From Gammaproteobacteria bacterium (lineage in GTDB: Bacteria; Pseudomonadota; Gammaproteobacteria; G965277405), in assembly GCA_965277405.1 (NCBI GenBank), contig OZ255726.1, positions 2,080,001-2,144,000 on the forward strand: 64,000 nt of DNA, in the 5' to 3' direction. The notes under the pieces are model-generated. The model saw only the letters and a list, made by a program, of their open reading frames with translations, did not search any database and had not been told where the DNA came from. This document shows positions 51,266 to 59,999 of the stretch, one piece after another. Position 1 is the stretch's first letter, and each line of letters begins with the position of its first letter. The translations under genes were made by a program, and so were the position numbers.

Positions 51266-52324
51266 TTATGCGGCAAGAATGCGGGTCCAAGCGCGTTCAA
51301 CAGCAGATGATATTTCTTCTCCTTGATAAATCGGAAAAAACAGCTTGTCGATGATTTCTGCTGATGGGTAGCGTGCTGGATTATTATTAAATTCATCATC
51401 TTGTAGCTTTCTAGCCGCAGCGTTTGGGGTTGCATAACCTACAAAGTCTGCTAAGTCAGCACCAATGCGATCTCCAAGCATAAAGTTGATGAATGTATGA
51501 GCATTTTCAAGGTTAGGCGCACCTTTGGCAATTGACATATTATCAACCCAGCGGAATGCCCCATCAAGCGGTGCTGCATAGCTTAAATCATCATCTTCCT
51601 CCATGACCGTAAGAATGTCTCCACTCCATTCAACCGCAATGTCGACTTCTCCAGAAAGCAGCAAGTCTTGACCATTGTCTTTTGCGATAACTTTTATGTG
51701 TTTCTTTTGTAGCTTCAAAAGCTTTTCGGCTTCATCAATCATTTGTTGTGTCTTTTCCTCAGGATTACCGCCGAGGTATTTTACAGCACAATCTATCATT
51801 GTCGAAGCTTCAGATATCCAAGCAATACGACCAGAATATTTGTCTGAGTCGAGGATGACTTTAAACGAGTCAACCATATCAATCCGCTTGTTGTTATAAC
51901 CCATTCCCAAGGTTCCCCACAAGTATGGTATGGAATATTGATTGTTTGGGTCAAATGATAAGTTGAGCCATTCTTTGGCAATATTGCTAATGTTCGGGAT
52001 TTTGGTCAGGTCAATTGGTTGGAGGATATTTGCTGCAATCATACGAGGGACATAGTCGTTGCTCGGAACAATCACATCATACCCTTGATTGCCTGATCTG
52101 AGCTTGGCAAATAACTCGCTGTTATCAGCAAACAAATCCATAGTAGTATCAATACCTGTTGCTGTTTTAAACTGATCAAGGGTATTTTCGCCAATATAGG
52201 TGTCCCAATTATAGAATACTAATTTATTAGAAGCCCCTAAGCTGATGCGTGGAAATAGCGCTGTTGCACTCGCAGCGAGCGTAGCATTTGCGAGAAAGTT
52301 GCGGCGGGTGATTTTTTTGTTCAT
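51266..52324 (-). CDS. Polyamine ABC substrate-binding protein (PotD/PotF-like), Tat signal
   Basis: TRRNFL, YNWDTYI, GYDVIVPS, PYLWGT, WSGD, WVDNM. Confidence 0.9.
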   Translation of the reverse strand: MNKKITRRNFLANATLAASATALFPRISLGASNKLVFYNWDTYIGENTLDQFKTATGIDTTMDLFADNSELFAKLRSGNQGYDVIVPSNDYVPRMIAANILQPIDLTKIPNISNIAKEWLNLSFDPNNQYSIPYLWGTLGMGYNNKRIDMVDSFKVILDSDKYSGRIAWISEASTMIDCAVKYLGGNPEEKTQQMIDEAEKLLKLQKKHIKVIAKDNGQDLLLSGEVDIAVEWSGDILTVMEEDDDLSYAAPLDGAFRWVDNMSIAKGAPNLENAHTFINFMLGDRIGADLADFVGYATPNAAARKLQDDEFNNNPARYPSAEIIDKLFFPIYQGEEISSAVERAWTRILAA

Positions 52325-52361
52325 ACAGTACTCCATTGATACCCAAATAAAAGAAGTTGCG

Positions 52362-52787
52362 TCAGCCTGAGTCAGCCGGTGGTTGTTTTTGAGAAAACAA
52401 AGATTGCCATGTTTCGATATTCTTATTCATAACGTCCGTCCACGCATCCATTGGATTATTGATGGGTCGATCATGAACAGAGTATAAATAATCTAGGGCT
52501 TGTTCCATATACACAGCCGTTGCCGATTGGATAGGGTTATTATAGGTGCGAATTAACTGTTGCAACATGCGTCTGGTAAACAGTTTGTGTGACTTGCCAA
52601 ACTTGCTTTCTTGTTCACTGATGATTTGTAACAAAATAGGGGCGGTTAAGTCAGATTCAGTTTTTGCATCAATGATGCGAAATTCTTCAAATTTTATGAC
52701 AAACTCGCGTATGTCTGCAAGGGTTATGTAAATACTGTCTTGAGTATCGTAAATTCTTCTGTTTGCATATTTTTTTAGTAGGCGCAT
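52362..52787 (-). CDS. phaR: PHA synthesis repressor PhaR
   Basis: KKYANRRIYDT..YITL, DAKTESDLT, LLQIISEQE. Confidence 0.9.
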   Translation of the reverse strand: MRLLKKYANRRIYDTQDSIYITLADIREFVIKFEEFRIIDAKTESDLTAPILLQIISEQESKFGKSHKLFTRRMLQQLIRTYNNPIQSATAVYMEQALDYLYSVHDRPINNPMDAWTDVMNKNIETWQSLFSQKQPPADSG

Positions 52788-52885
52788 ATTATAAATAATA
52801 TTGTGTTACCCGCCATTATACGCAATACACGATTTTGGTGTGGGTTAAATTAACAAAAAATTATGCGTATCAAGTCAAATGGTAG

Positions 52886-52916
52886 TGATTAACTCGCTAT
52901 CATGGACTTAATCAGC
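52886..52916. repeat. Eroded mini-MITE core
   Basis: TGATTAACTCGCTATCATGGACTTAATCAGC. Confidence 0.75.
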
Positions 52917-52996
52917 AGATAAAACATCAAAAAAATTGTGGTGGAATTATTTGTCTGTATAAGGTGATTTGTATGGAGGAAGTGTATGGACAAGGA

Positions 52997-53605
52997 ATGC
53001 CGAAAGCCATTACAGCATATGTTAGCTTGGTTGATGCGATAAATCAGAAGGTTGGGCAGTTTGCCATGTATCTGGTGATTGCCATGATTATCGTGCTTTT
53101 TTATGCCACGGTGGTAAAAAATTTCTTGCTGCCTTCTCTGTGGACGCTGGAAGTTTCACAATTTATTATGGTTAGCTATTATCTGCTAGGTGGCGGCTAT
53201 ACGCTGCAAAATGGCAGTCATGTACGCATGGATTTGCTATATGGCAGATGGTCGCCAACAACCAAGGCTGCGGTGGATTGTTGCACAATTTTGTTCATGA
53301 TTTTTTATTTAGTTATCTTGTTGCGCGGGGGCTTGTCTAGCACTTCGTATGCGCTTGAATATGGCGAGCGCGGGCGTTCTATCTGGCAACCTTATATAGC
53401 GCCGATCAAAATTATTGCCTGTGTCGGGATTGCGTTGATGTTGGCGCAGGCCGTGGCTGAATTATGCAAGGATATCGCCAGGGTTAAAGGCATTGAAATT
53501 GGTGTCCGACCTGCAGATGATGCTGTCAGAGCCTTGCAAGGCGAGGAACGTTCCAAGCAACCTCTGCTTAAGTCCATGATGGGCGAAACGGAGCAAAAAC
53601 AGTGA
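52997..53605 (+). CDS. TRAP small permease (DctQ-like)
   Basis: 4 TM, HVRMDLLY; the last 15 aa are MITE-derived. Confidence 0.92.
   Translation: MPKAITAYVSLVDAINQKVGQFAMYLVIAMIIVLFYATVVKNFLLPSLWTLEVSQFIMVSYYLLGGGYTLQNGSHVRMDLLYGRWSPTTKAAVDCCTILFMIFYLVILLRGGLSSTSYALEYGERGRSIWQPYIAPIKIIACVGIALMLAQAVAELCKDIARVKGIEIGVRPADDAVRALQGEERSKQPLLKSMMGETEQKQ
53557..53605 (+). mobile_element. MITE left end embedded in the dctQ/dctM junction
   Basis: GCAACCTCTGCTTAAGTCCATGATGGGCGAAACGGAGCAAAAACAGTGA closely matches 21468-21516. Confidence 0.9.
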
Positions 53606-54927
53606 GTTATACGCTTATTGCGCTGTTAATGTTCGCATCGATGATGGCTATGCTGGTTTCTGGTCAACGTGTGTTTGGAGCGATTGGTGCTGTGGCGGTG
53701 ATTGCTGCTGTTGCTCTGTGGGGCGATGGCGGCTTTGAACTTGCGTTTACCGCTTCCATGAAGCTGATGAAATGGTATCCAATGTTAACACTGCCTTTGT
53801 TTATTTATATGGGCTACATGCTTGCAGAATCTGGCATTGCCGACGATCTTTACCGCATGTTTCACGTCTGGTTTGGTAATCTAAGCGGTGGGCTGGCGAT
53901 AGGAACTGTGCTGTTGATGGTGGTGATTTCCGCTATCAATGGTCTTAGTGTTGCGGGTATGGCGATTGGTGTCAGTATTGCCCTGCCAGCATTATTACGG
54001 CGTGGCTATAACAAGATTATGGTCACTGGGGTAATACAGGCGGGGTCGTCGCTTGGAATTTTAGTGCCGCCATCGGTGGTGCTAGTGCTTTACGGCATGA
54101 TTGCGCGTCAACCAGTTTCACAATTATGGATGGCTGGTATTTTTCCAGGGCTGTTGATGGCGTCGCTGTTCATCATTTACATCGTTATCCGCTGTAAAAT
54201 TCAGCCTGAACTTGGGCCCCCATTGTCTCGTAAGGAACTTGATGAGATTAGTTTTGCAGCAAAGCTGAAATTACTGCGTGCAGGTATCCTGCCACTGATC
54301 ATCTTTTTTCTGATGACAGGCTTGTTCTTGATGGGAAAGACTTCGCTAGTGGAAAGCGCTGCAGTTGGTGCTGTCTCTGTGACCATTGCTGCAATTATTC
54401 AGGGGTATTTTAGTAAAAAGGTTTTTGACGACACTTTGCGTAAAACGCTGAATATCTCCTGCATGTTTATGTGGATTATTCTCGCCGCTCTTTGTTTTGG
54501 TGCGGTGTTTGATGGGCTTGGCGCGGTGAATGCAATCAAGCTGTTTTTCCTTGAGCAAATGGGTCTTGAGCCATGGGAAGTGCTTATCTTGATGCAACTT
54601 TCATTCTTATTGATGGGCACGTTTCTGGATGACACCGCCATGCTGGTTATTGTTGCGCCGCTGTATATTCCCTTGGTTAAGGTGCTTGGTTTTGATCTAA
54701 TCTGGTACGGAATACTGTATACAATTACCAGCCAGATTGCGTATATGACGCCACCATTTGGTTATAATTTATTTCTAATGCGGGCGATGGCTCCGCCAGA
54801 GGTTTCGCTGAGTGACATTTATCGTTCCATTGTACCGTTTGTGGCAATCATGATATTTGCACTTGTAGTTGTGATGGTATTGCCACAAACTGCCTTGTGG
54901 CTACCTAATTACTACTATGGAAATTAG
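53602..54927 (+). CDS. TRAP large permease (DctM-like)
   Basis: LPLFIYMG, LGILVPPS, TPPFGYNLF; about 12 TM. Confidence 0.94.
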   Translation: MSYTLIALLMFASMMAMLVSGQRVFGAIGAVAVIAAVALWGDGGFELAFTASMKLMKWYPMLTLPLFIYMGYMLAESGIADDLYRMFHVWFGNLSGGLAIGTVLLMVVISAINGLSVAGMAIGVSIALPALLRRGYNKIMVTGVIQAGSSLGILVPPSVVLVLYGMIARQPVSQLWMAGIFPGLLMASLFIIYIVIRCKIQPELGPPLSRKELDEISFAAKLKLLRAGILPLIIFFLMTGLFLMGKTSLVESAAVGAVSVTIAAIIQGYFSKKVFDDTLRKTLNISCMFMWIILAALCFGAVFDGLGAVNAIKLFFLEQMGLEPWEVLILMQLSFLLMGTFLDDTAMLVIVAPLYIPLVKVLGFDLIWYGILYTITSQIAYMTPPFGYNLFLMRAMAPPEVSLSDIYRSIVPFVAIMIFALVVVMVLPQTALWLPNYYYGN

Positions 54928-54995
54928 GTATGGAAATTAGGCAGTAAACCCTAGCGCTGCAGCCATAAGCAGCACCATAACATAAGGAGAACGCT

Positions 54996-56054
54996 ATGAC
55001 TAACAGAAGGAATTTTATAAAAAATACTGGTCTTGCCAGTGTTGCAGCAGGGGCGATACTTGCAGCCCCGGCAATTCGAGCGCAACCTGCTAAAATCACT
55101 TGGCGCTTGCAGACCTATGCCGGTCCTGCATTGGCTGAACATGTCATCAAACCTATGATTGACTCATTCAACAAAGTTGCCGCTGGTCAGATGGAAATCC
55201 AGCTTTTCACAGCTGACCAGCTCGTGCCGACTGGTGAATTGTTTCGCGCCATGCAAAATGGGGTGATTGATGCAGTACAATCAGACGAAGATTCTATAGC
55301 AGCTCCTGTAGACGTATCGGTTTTTGGCGGATATTTCCCGTTTGCAACCCGTTACAGCCTCGATGTGCCAGTGCTTTTCAATCAATATGGTTTGAAAGAA
55401 ATCTGGGAAGAAGCTTATAGCGAAGTAAAAAATGTGACATGGCTTTCAGCAGGTTCTTGGGATCCTTGCCATTTCAATACAAATAAGCCAATTCGTTCGC
55501 TTGCAGATTTGCAAGGTTTGCGCGTGTATACCTTCCCAACTGCTGGACGCTTTCTCTCACAGTTTGGTGTTGTGCCAGTTGAAATTCCGTATGAAGATGC
55601 TGAAGTTGCGGTGCAAACTGGCGAACTTGACGGCATGGCATGGTCTGGCATTACCGAAGATTATACCGTTGGCTGGGCTGACGTTACCAAATATTTTCTC
55701 ACCAATAATATCGCTGGTGCATGGATTGGTTCGTTCTTTGCAAATACGGATAAATGGAACGAAGTACCGCCACATCTTCAGGAATTATTCCGCCTTTGCA
55801 TGGATTCATCGCATTACTACCGTCAGCATTGGTATTGGGGCGGCGAAGCAAAACTGCGTACTCTTGCAGCCGATCAAGGACGTAAACTTGAGCTAACCTC
55901 CATTCCTGATGAAGAATGGGCACAAGTTGAAACCAAAGCGCGTCAGTTCTGGGATGACATTGCCAAAGGCAGCGAGCGCAGTGCCCGTGTTGTGAAAATC
56001 CTTAAAGAATATTCAGCCGTTATGGGCAAAGCAGGCAAACCGTACCGTAGCTAA
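54996..56054 (+). CDS. TRAP substrate-binding protein (DctP/TakP-like), Tat signal
   Basis: NRRNFI, AAPAI, WRLQT, PIRSLADLQG, TGELDG; AAGGAG RBS. Confidence 0.93.
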   Translation: MTNRRNFIKNTGLASVAAGAILAAPAIRAQPAKITWRLQTYAGPALAEHVIKPMIDSFNKVAAGQMEIQLFTADQLVPTGELFRAMQNGVIDAVQSDEDSIAAPVDVSVFGGYFPFATRYSLDVPVLFNQYGLKEIWEEAYSEVKNVTWLSAGSWDPCHFNTNKPIRSLADLQGLRVYTFPTAGRFLSQFGVVPVEIPYEDAEVAVQTGELDGMAWSGITEDYTVGWADVTKYFLTNNIAGAWIGSFFANTDKWNEVPPHLQELFRLCMDSSHYYRQHWYWGGEAKLRTLAADQGRKLELTSIPDEEWAQVETKARQFWDDIAKGSERSARVVKILKEYSAVMGKAGKPYRS

Positions 56055-56067
56055 ATTGCTCTACAGA

Positions 56068-56096
56068 CTTAAACAGAGCTTCCTTCTGGAAGCTCT
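56068..56096 (+). terminator. Hairpin after dctP formed by back-to-back MITE ends
   Basis: CTTAAAC-AGAGCTTCC-TTCT-GGAAGCTCT. Confidence 0.55.
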
Positions 56097-56301
56097 ATTC
56101 TATGCGAGTCTAAGCAGATGAAAGAGCGGATAGAATAATTGCTATTCTAAAAAAAACGCAAAATAAGTACGTCATCGCCTCCAATATTTTTATCAAAGTA
56201 CTGATTGATGAAAAACATCACTCCTTGTTTTCTTATGAGATTTTCTACATAGCACAGAAAAAAGGTCATAGCATTGGAGCTGTACGTGAACATCGACATA
56301 A

Positions 56302-56324
56302 GGAAGCTCTGATTAAGTCGCTCC
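56302..56324 (+). mobile_element. Solitary MITE end upstream of sdhC
   Basis: GGAAGCTCTGATTAAGTCGCTCC preceded by ATAA. Confidence 0.82.
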
Positions 56325-56393
56325 CTTATGTCGATTGGTTTGTTTTTTTTGTTTGGCTGTGTAGTATCTTCACCATTGTTTTAGGAGTGTTTT

Positions 56394-56768
56394 TTGAGCG
56401 ATCAGCGACCTGTAAATTTAGACTTAACTACAATTCATTTTCCCATACACGCTCTGGTGTCGATAACCCATCGCGCCACTGGTGTGGTGCTATTTATTGG
56501 AGCACCAGTCGTGATATGGTGTTTTGCGCTGTCGCTTGAATCTGCGGTTGGATTCGGGCAGGTCCGGGCATATCTCAGTTACCCATTTGGAGTTATTTTT
56601 GCTATGGGATATGCGCTTGCATTGAGCTTTCATCTTGCTGCAGGCATCAAACATTTGTTTATGGACTGTGGTATCGGCGACACTAGTGCTGGTGCGCGAA
56701 ATTGGTCTATAGCAACCATTATTGCTACATTTGTTTTTTTCTTGATATTACTCTCTGTCATCTTATGA
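56394..56768 (+). CDS. sdhC: Succinate dehydrogenase cytochrome b556 subunit
   Basis: QRPVNLDL, SITHRATG, FHLAAGIKHLFMD. Confidence 0.94.
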   Translation: MSDQRPVNLDLTTIHFPIHALVSITHRATGVVLFIGAPVVIWCFALSLESAVGFGQVRAYLSYPFGVIFAMGYALALSFHLAAGIKHLFMDCGIGDTSAGARNWSIATIIATFVFFLILLSVIL

Positions 56769-57121
56769 CGCAAAGCGCTACAAGCCTAGGGCAAAGTGGT
56801 CTCAGTGATTGGCTGCTGCAACGGTTCAGTGCCATTATTTTATTCATATATTTTGTATTGCTTGTTTCAATAATATTGTTAGAGATTACCCTGAGACAGC
56901 AAATAAATTATATATTCTGGAGCGCATTGTTTCGTTCTACTGCTATGCAAGTTGTAACCGTTATTGCAGCTGTTGCTTTCTTTGTGCATGCGTGGATAGG
57001 GCTATGGACAATTGCTACTGACTACATCAAAAACAAAAGCTTGCGCCTCGCCTTTCATGCGTTTTATATTTTGGCTATTACTGCGATGGTATTTACTATT
57101 ATTGCAACGTTTTGGGGTTGA
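56765..57121 (+). CDS. sdhD: Succinate dehydrogenase membrane anchor
   Basis: [25 protein letters not shown]. Confidence 0.94.
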   Translation: MTQSATSLGQSGLSDWLLQRFSAIILFIYFVLLVSIILLEITLRQQINYIFWSALFRSTAMQVVTVIAAVAFFVHAWIGLWTIATDYIKNKSLRLAFHAFYILAITAMVFTIIATFWG

Positions 57122-57122
57122 T

Positions 57123-58895
57123 GTGGATTTTCAACGGCAACTAAATTTTGATGCGGTCATCGTTGGGGGTGGTGGTTCTGGGCTGCGGACATCATTACAA
57201 CTCGCTGAGTCTGGGTTAAAAACAGCTGTTGTTAGTAAAGTTTTCCCCACGCGTTCGCATACTGTATCGGCGCAAGGTGGTATCACCTGCGCGATTGCCA
57301 GTGCTGATCCAAACGATGATTGGCGCTGGCATATGTATGATACCGTCAAAGGGTCAGACTATATCGGTGACCAAGCTGCTATCGAATATATGTGCAGTCA
57401 AGGACCGCAAGCGGTGTTTGAACTTGAACATATGGGGCTGCCTTTTTCCCGATTTGATAACGGTAGAATTTACCAACGCCCATTTGGCGGGCAATCAAAA
57501 AATTTTGGCAAAGGCGGGCAGGCGGCACGCACATGTGCCGCGGCTGATCGGACCGGGCATGCGTTGCTACACACGTTGTATCAAAATAATCTGCGCGCCG
57601 GAACGACTTTCTTGAATGAATGGTTTGGCGTTGACTTAGTCACCAACCATCAAGGTGACGTTGTCGGGCTAGTTGCAATTGCAATTGAAAGTGGTGAAGA
57701 AGTATTAATTAATGCGTGTGCGGTTGTATTGGCAACTGGTGGTGCTGGGCGTATTTATCAATCGACGACGAATGCCCACATCAATACCGGTGATGGCGTC
57801 GCGATGGCTTTGCGTGCTGGCGTACCAGTGCAAGATATTGAAATGTGGCAGTTCCACCCAACAGGAATTTATGGTGCGGGGACATTAGTTACCGAAGGGT
57901 GTCGTGGTGAAGGTGGCTATCTCATCAATAAAGATGGGGAACGTTTTATGGAGCGTTATGCTCCAAACGCTAAAGACCTAGCTGGCCGCGATGTTGTTGC
58001 GCGCTCGATGACGCTGGAAATACTCGAAGGTCGTGGCGCTGGTGAAAACGCTGACCATGTATTGCTAAAGCTTGACCATCTTGGTGAAGAAATACTCCAT
58101 TCGCGCCTACCTGGGATTGTCGAGTTATCAAAAACTTTTGCGCACGTTGACCCCGTTAAAGACCCTGTGCCAGTCGTGCCAACATGCCATTATATGATGG
58201 GTGGAATGCCAACCAATATTCATGGACAAGTCATCACCATACAAAACAAAAAAGAGTCAATTGTACCTGGATTGTACGCAGTCGGTGAAACCGCATGCGT
58301 ATCGGTGCATGGAGCCAACAGACTTGGCGGCAATTCGCTATTGGATTTGGTGGTGTTCGGCAGAGCAACAGGATTGTTTTTAGAGCAGTTTTTAACCAAA
58401 GAAGGTGAAGAATCTCCTGCGGCAACTGCGAGTGATTTAGAGCGAATTTCATCCCGCTTGCGTGCGCTTGATGATTCAACTAGTGGTGAAAAAGCAACTG
58501 TTGTCAAAAACGATATGCAAGCAATAATGCAAAGTGATTTTGGCGTGTTCCGCACTCAAGATTTAATGCTGAAGGGGATTAAACAGCTCAAAGCTGTTGG
58601 TGAACGTTGTCAAGCGCTGCATCTTGAGGATAAGAGCAAGATATTCAATACTGCAAGGATTGAGGCACTCGAAGTACAAAACTTATTTGAAGTGGCACAG
58701 GCCACCGCAATCACTGCAGAATATCGCAAAGAAAGCCGCGGTGCACATGCCCGTGATGATTATCCAACCCGCAACGATAAGACTTGGCTGAAACATTCGA
58801 TTTATTTTTCGGCAACGCAACAAGTCAGTAAGCGTGATGTCAACGTTTCTCCGAAAACCGTTGCCAGATTCGAACCACAAGAACGCAAGTACTAA
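57123..58895 (+). CDS. sdhA: Succinate dehydrogenase flavoprotein
   Basis: [41 protein letters not shown]; GTG start inferred. Confidence 0.97.
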   Translation: MDFQRQLNFDAVIVGGGGSGLRTSLQLAESGLKTAVVSKVFPTRSHTVSAQGGITCAIASADPNDDWRWHMYDTVKGSDYIGDQAAIEYMCSQGPQAVFELEHMGLPFSRFDNGRIYQRPFGGQSKNFGKGGQAARTCAAADRTGHALLHTLYQNNLRAGTTFLNEWFGVDLVTNHQGDVVGLVAIAIESGEEVLINACAVVLATGGAGRIYQSTTNAHINTGDGVAMALRAGVPVQDIEMWQFHPTGIYGAGTLVTEGCRGEGGYLINKDGERFMERYAPNAKDLAGRDVVARSMTLEILEGRGAGENADHVLLKLDHLGEEILHSRLPGIVELSKTFAHVDPVKDPVPVVPTCHYMMGGMPTNIHGQVITIQNKKESIVPGLYAVGETACVSVHGANRLGGNSLLDLVVFGRATGLFLEQFLTKEGEESPAATASDLERISSRLRALDDSTSGEKATVVKNDMQAIMQSDFGVFRTQDLMLKGIKQLKAVGERCQALHLEDKSKIFNTARIEALEVQNLFEVAQATAITAEYRKESRGAHARDDYPTRNDKTWLKHSIYFSATQQVSKRDVNVSPKTVARFEPQERKY

Positions 58896-58920
58896 CAGGG
58901 GCTTAACAGCAGAAGATATT

Positions 58921-59628
58921 GTGCTCACCGCAAAGATTTATCGCTATAATCCAGAAACAGACAAAAAGCCATATATGGATAGCGTGTCGATAACGCTGCC
59001 AGCAAACAAAGATATAATGGTGCTTGATGTCATGCACATGGTTAAAGATAAAATTCCTGAATATGCCTTTAGACGTTCATGCCGTGAAGGAGTTTGCGGC
59101 TCAGACGGCGTCAATATGAACGGTAAAAATGGTCTGGCCTGCATCACACCAGTTTCATCGGTTGCCAAAAATAACAACTTGATTCTCCGCCCACTCCCGG
59201 GGCTACCAGTGATTCGTGACCTTGTTGTCGATATGACATTGTTTTATAAACAATATGAAAAAATAAAGCCATATTTGATGAACGATAAGCCAGTAAGCGG
59301 TATTGAACGGCTGCAGTCACCACAAGACCGAAAAAAACTTGACGGTTTATACGAGTGCATTTTATGCGCTTGTTGCAGTACGTCGTGTCCTTCGTTTTGG
59401 TGGAATCCAGATAAGTTTGTTGGTCCAGCAGGGTTATTACAAGCAAATCGCTTCTTGGTTGATAGTCGTGATACCGCAACAGCACAGCGGTTAGCGGAGC
59501 TTGATGACCCATTTTCAGTATTTCGTTGTAGAACTATTATGAATTGTGTAGACGCCTGTCCTAAAGGCTTGAATCCAACAAAAGCAATTGCAAACATCCG
59601 CTCAATGCTTGTTTCGCAAAGGGGTTAG
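58921..59628 (+). CDS. sdhB: Succinate dehydrogenase iron-sulfur subunit
   Basis: RRSCREGVCGSD, CILCACCSTSCP, CRTIMNCVDACP. Confidence 0.97.
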   Translation: MLTAKIYRYNPETDKKPYMDSVSITLPANKDIMVLDVMHMVKDKIPEYAFRRSCREGVCGSDGVNMNGKNGLACITPVSSVAKNNNLILRPLPGLPVIRDLVVDMTLFYKQYEKIKPYLMNDKPVSGIERLQSPQDRKKLDGLYECILCACCSTSCPSFWWNPDKFVGPAGLLQANRFLVDSRDTATAQRLAELDDPFSVFRCRTIMNCVDACPKGLNPTKAIANIRSMLVSQRG

Positions 59629-59630
59629 CA

Positions 59631-59999
59631 ATGAAATATTTATTGATTTATGTCAGTATTATCATTGCAAGTTGTGCATCAGTTCCTGAAGTATATAAAT
59701 CAGGAGAGGTGTTTTCTTTAGATAATGCTATAAAAATATCTCGTGGCATGAGTACAGTAGCAGTGCTGAAACTCATGCAGCAATCTCCATTACACCAATA
59801 TAAATCAGAAAATTACCTAACATGGGTTTGGGTTGACTCATCAGCTGATTTATCTGGGAAGGATTCCGTAGCATCGGTGACTTTTGTGAATGATGTCGTA
59901 GACTCTGTTGCTGTTGATTCAAATGGTGTTTCTATCTATTCTCAGAGTCCGCAACTTCGTAAATCGGCAAACGTCCATGAGAAACCTACCGAACAATGA
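59631..59999 (+). CDS. Putative lipoprotein
   Basis: MKYLLIYVSIIIASC lipobox; ISRGMS..V..WVW pattern reminiscent of SmpA/OmlA-like domains. Confidence 0.6.
   Translation: MKYLLIYVSIIIASCASVPEVYKSGEVFSLDNAIKISRGMSTVAVLKLMQQSPLHQYKSENYLTWVWVDSSADLSGKDSVASVTFVNDVVDSVAVDSNGVSIYSQSPQLRKSANVHEKPTEQ

Noticed and set aside
56225-56539. 104-aa ORF upstream of and overlapping sdhC
   Set aside because: Spans a MITE end and overlaps sdhC out of frame; probably spurious.
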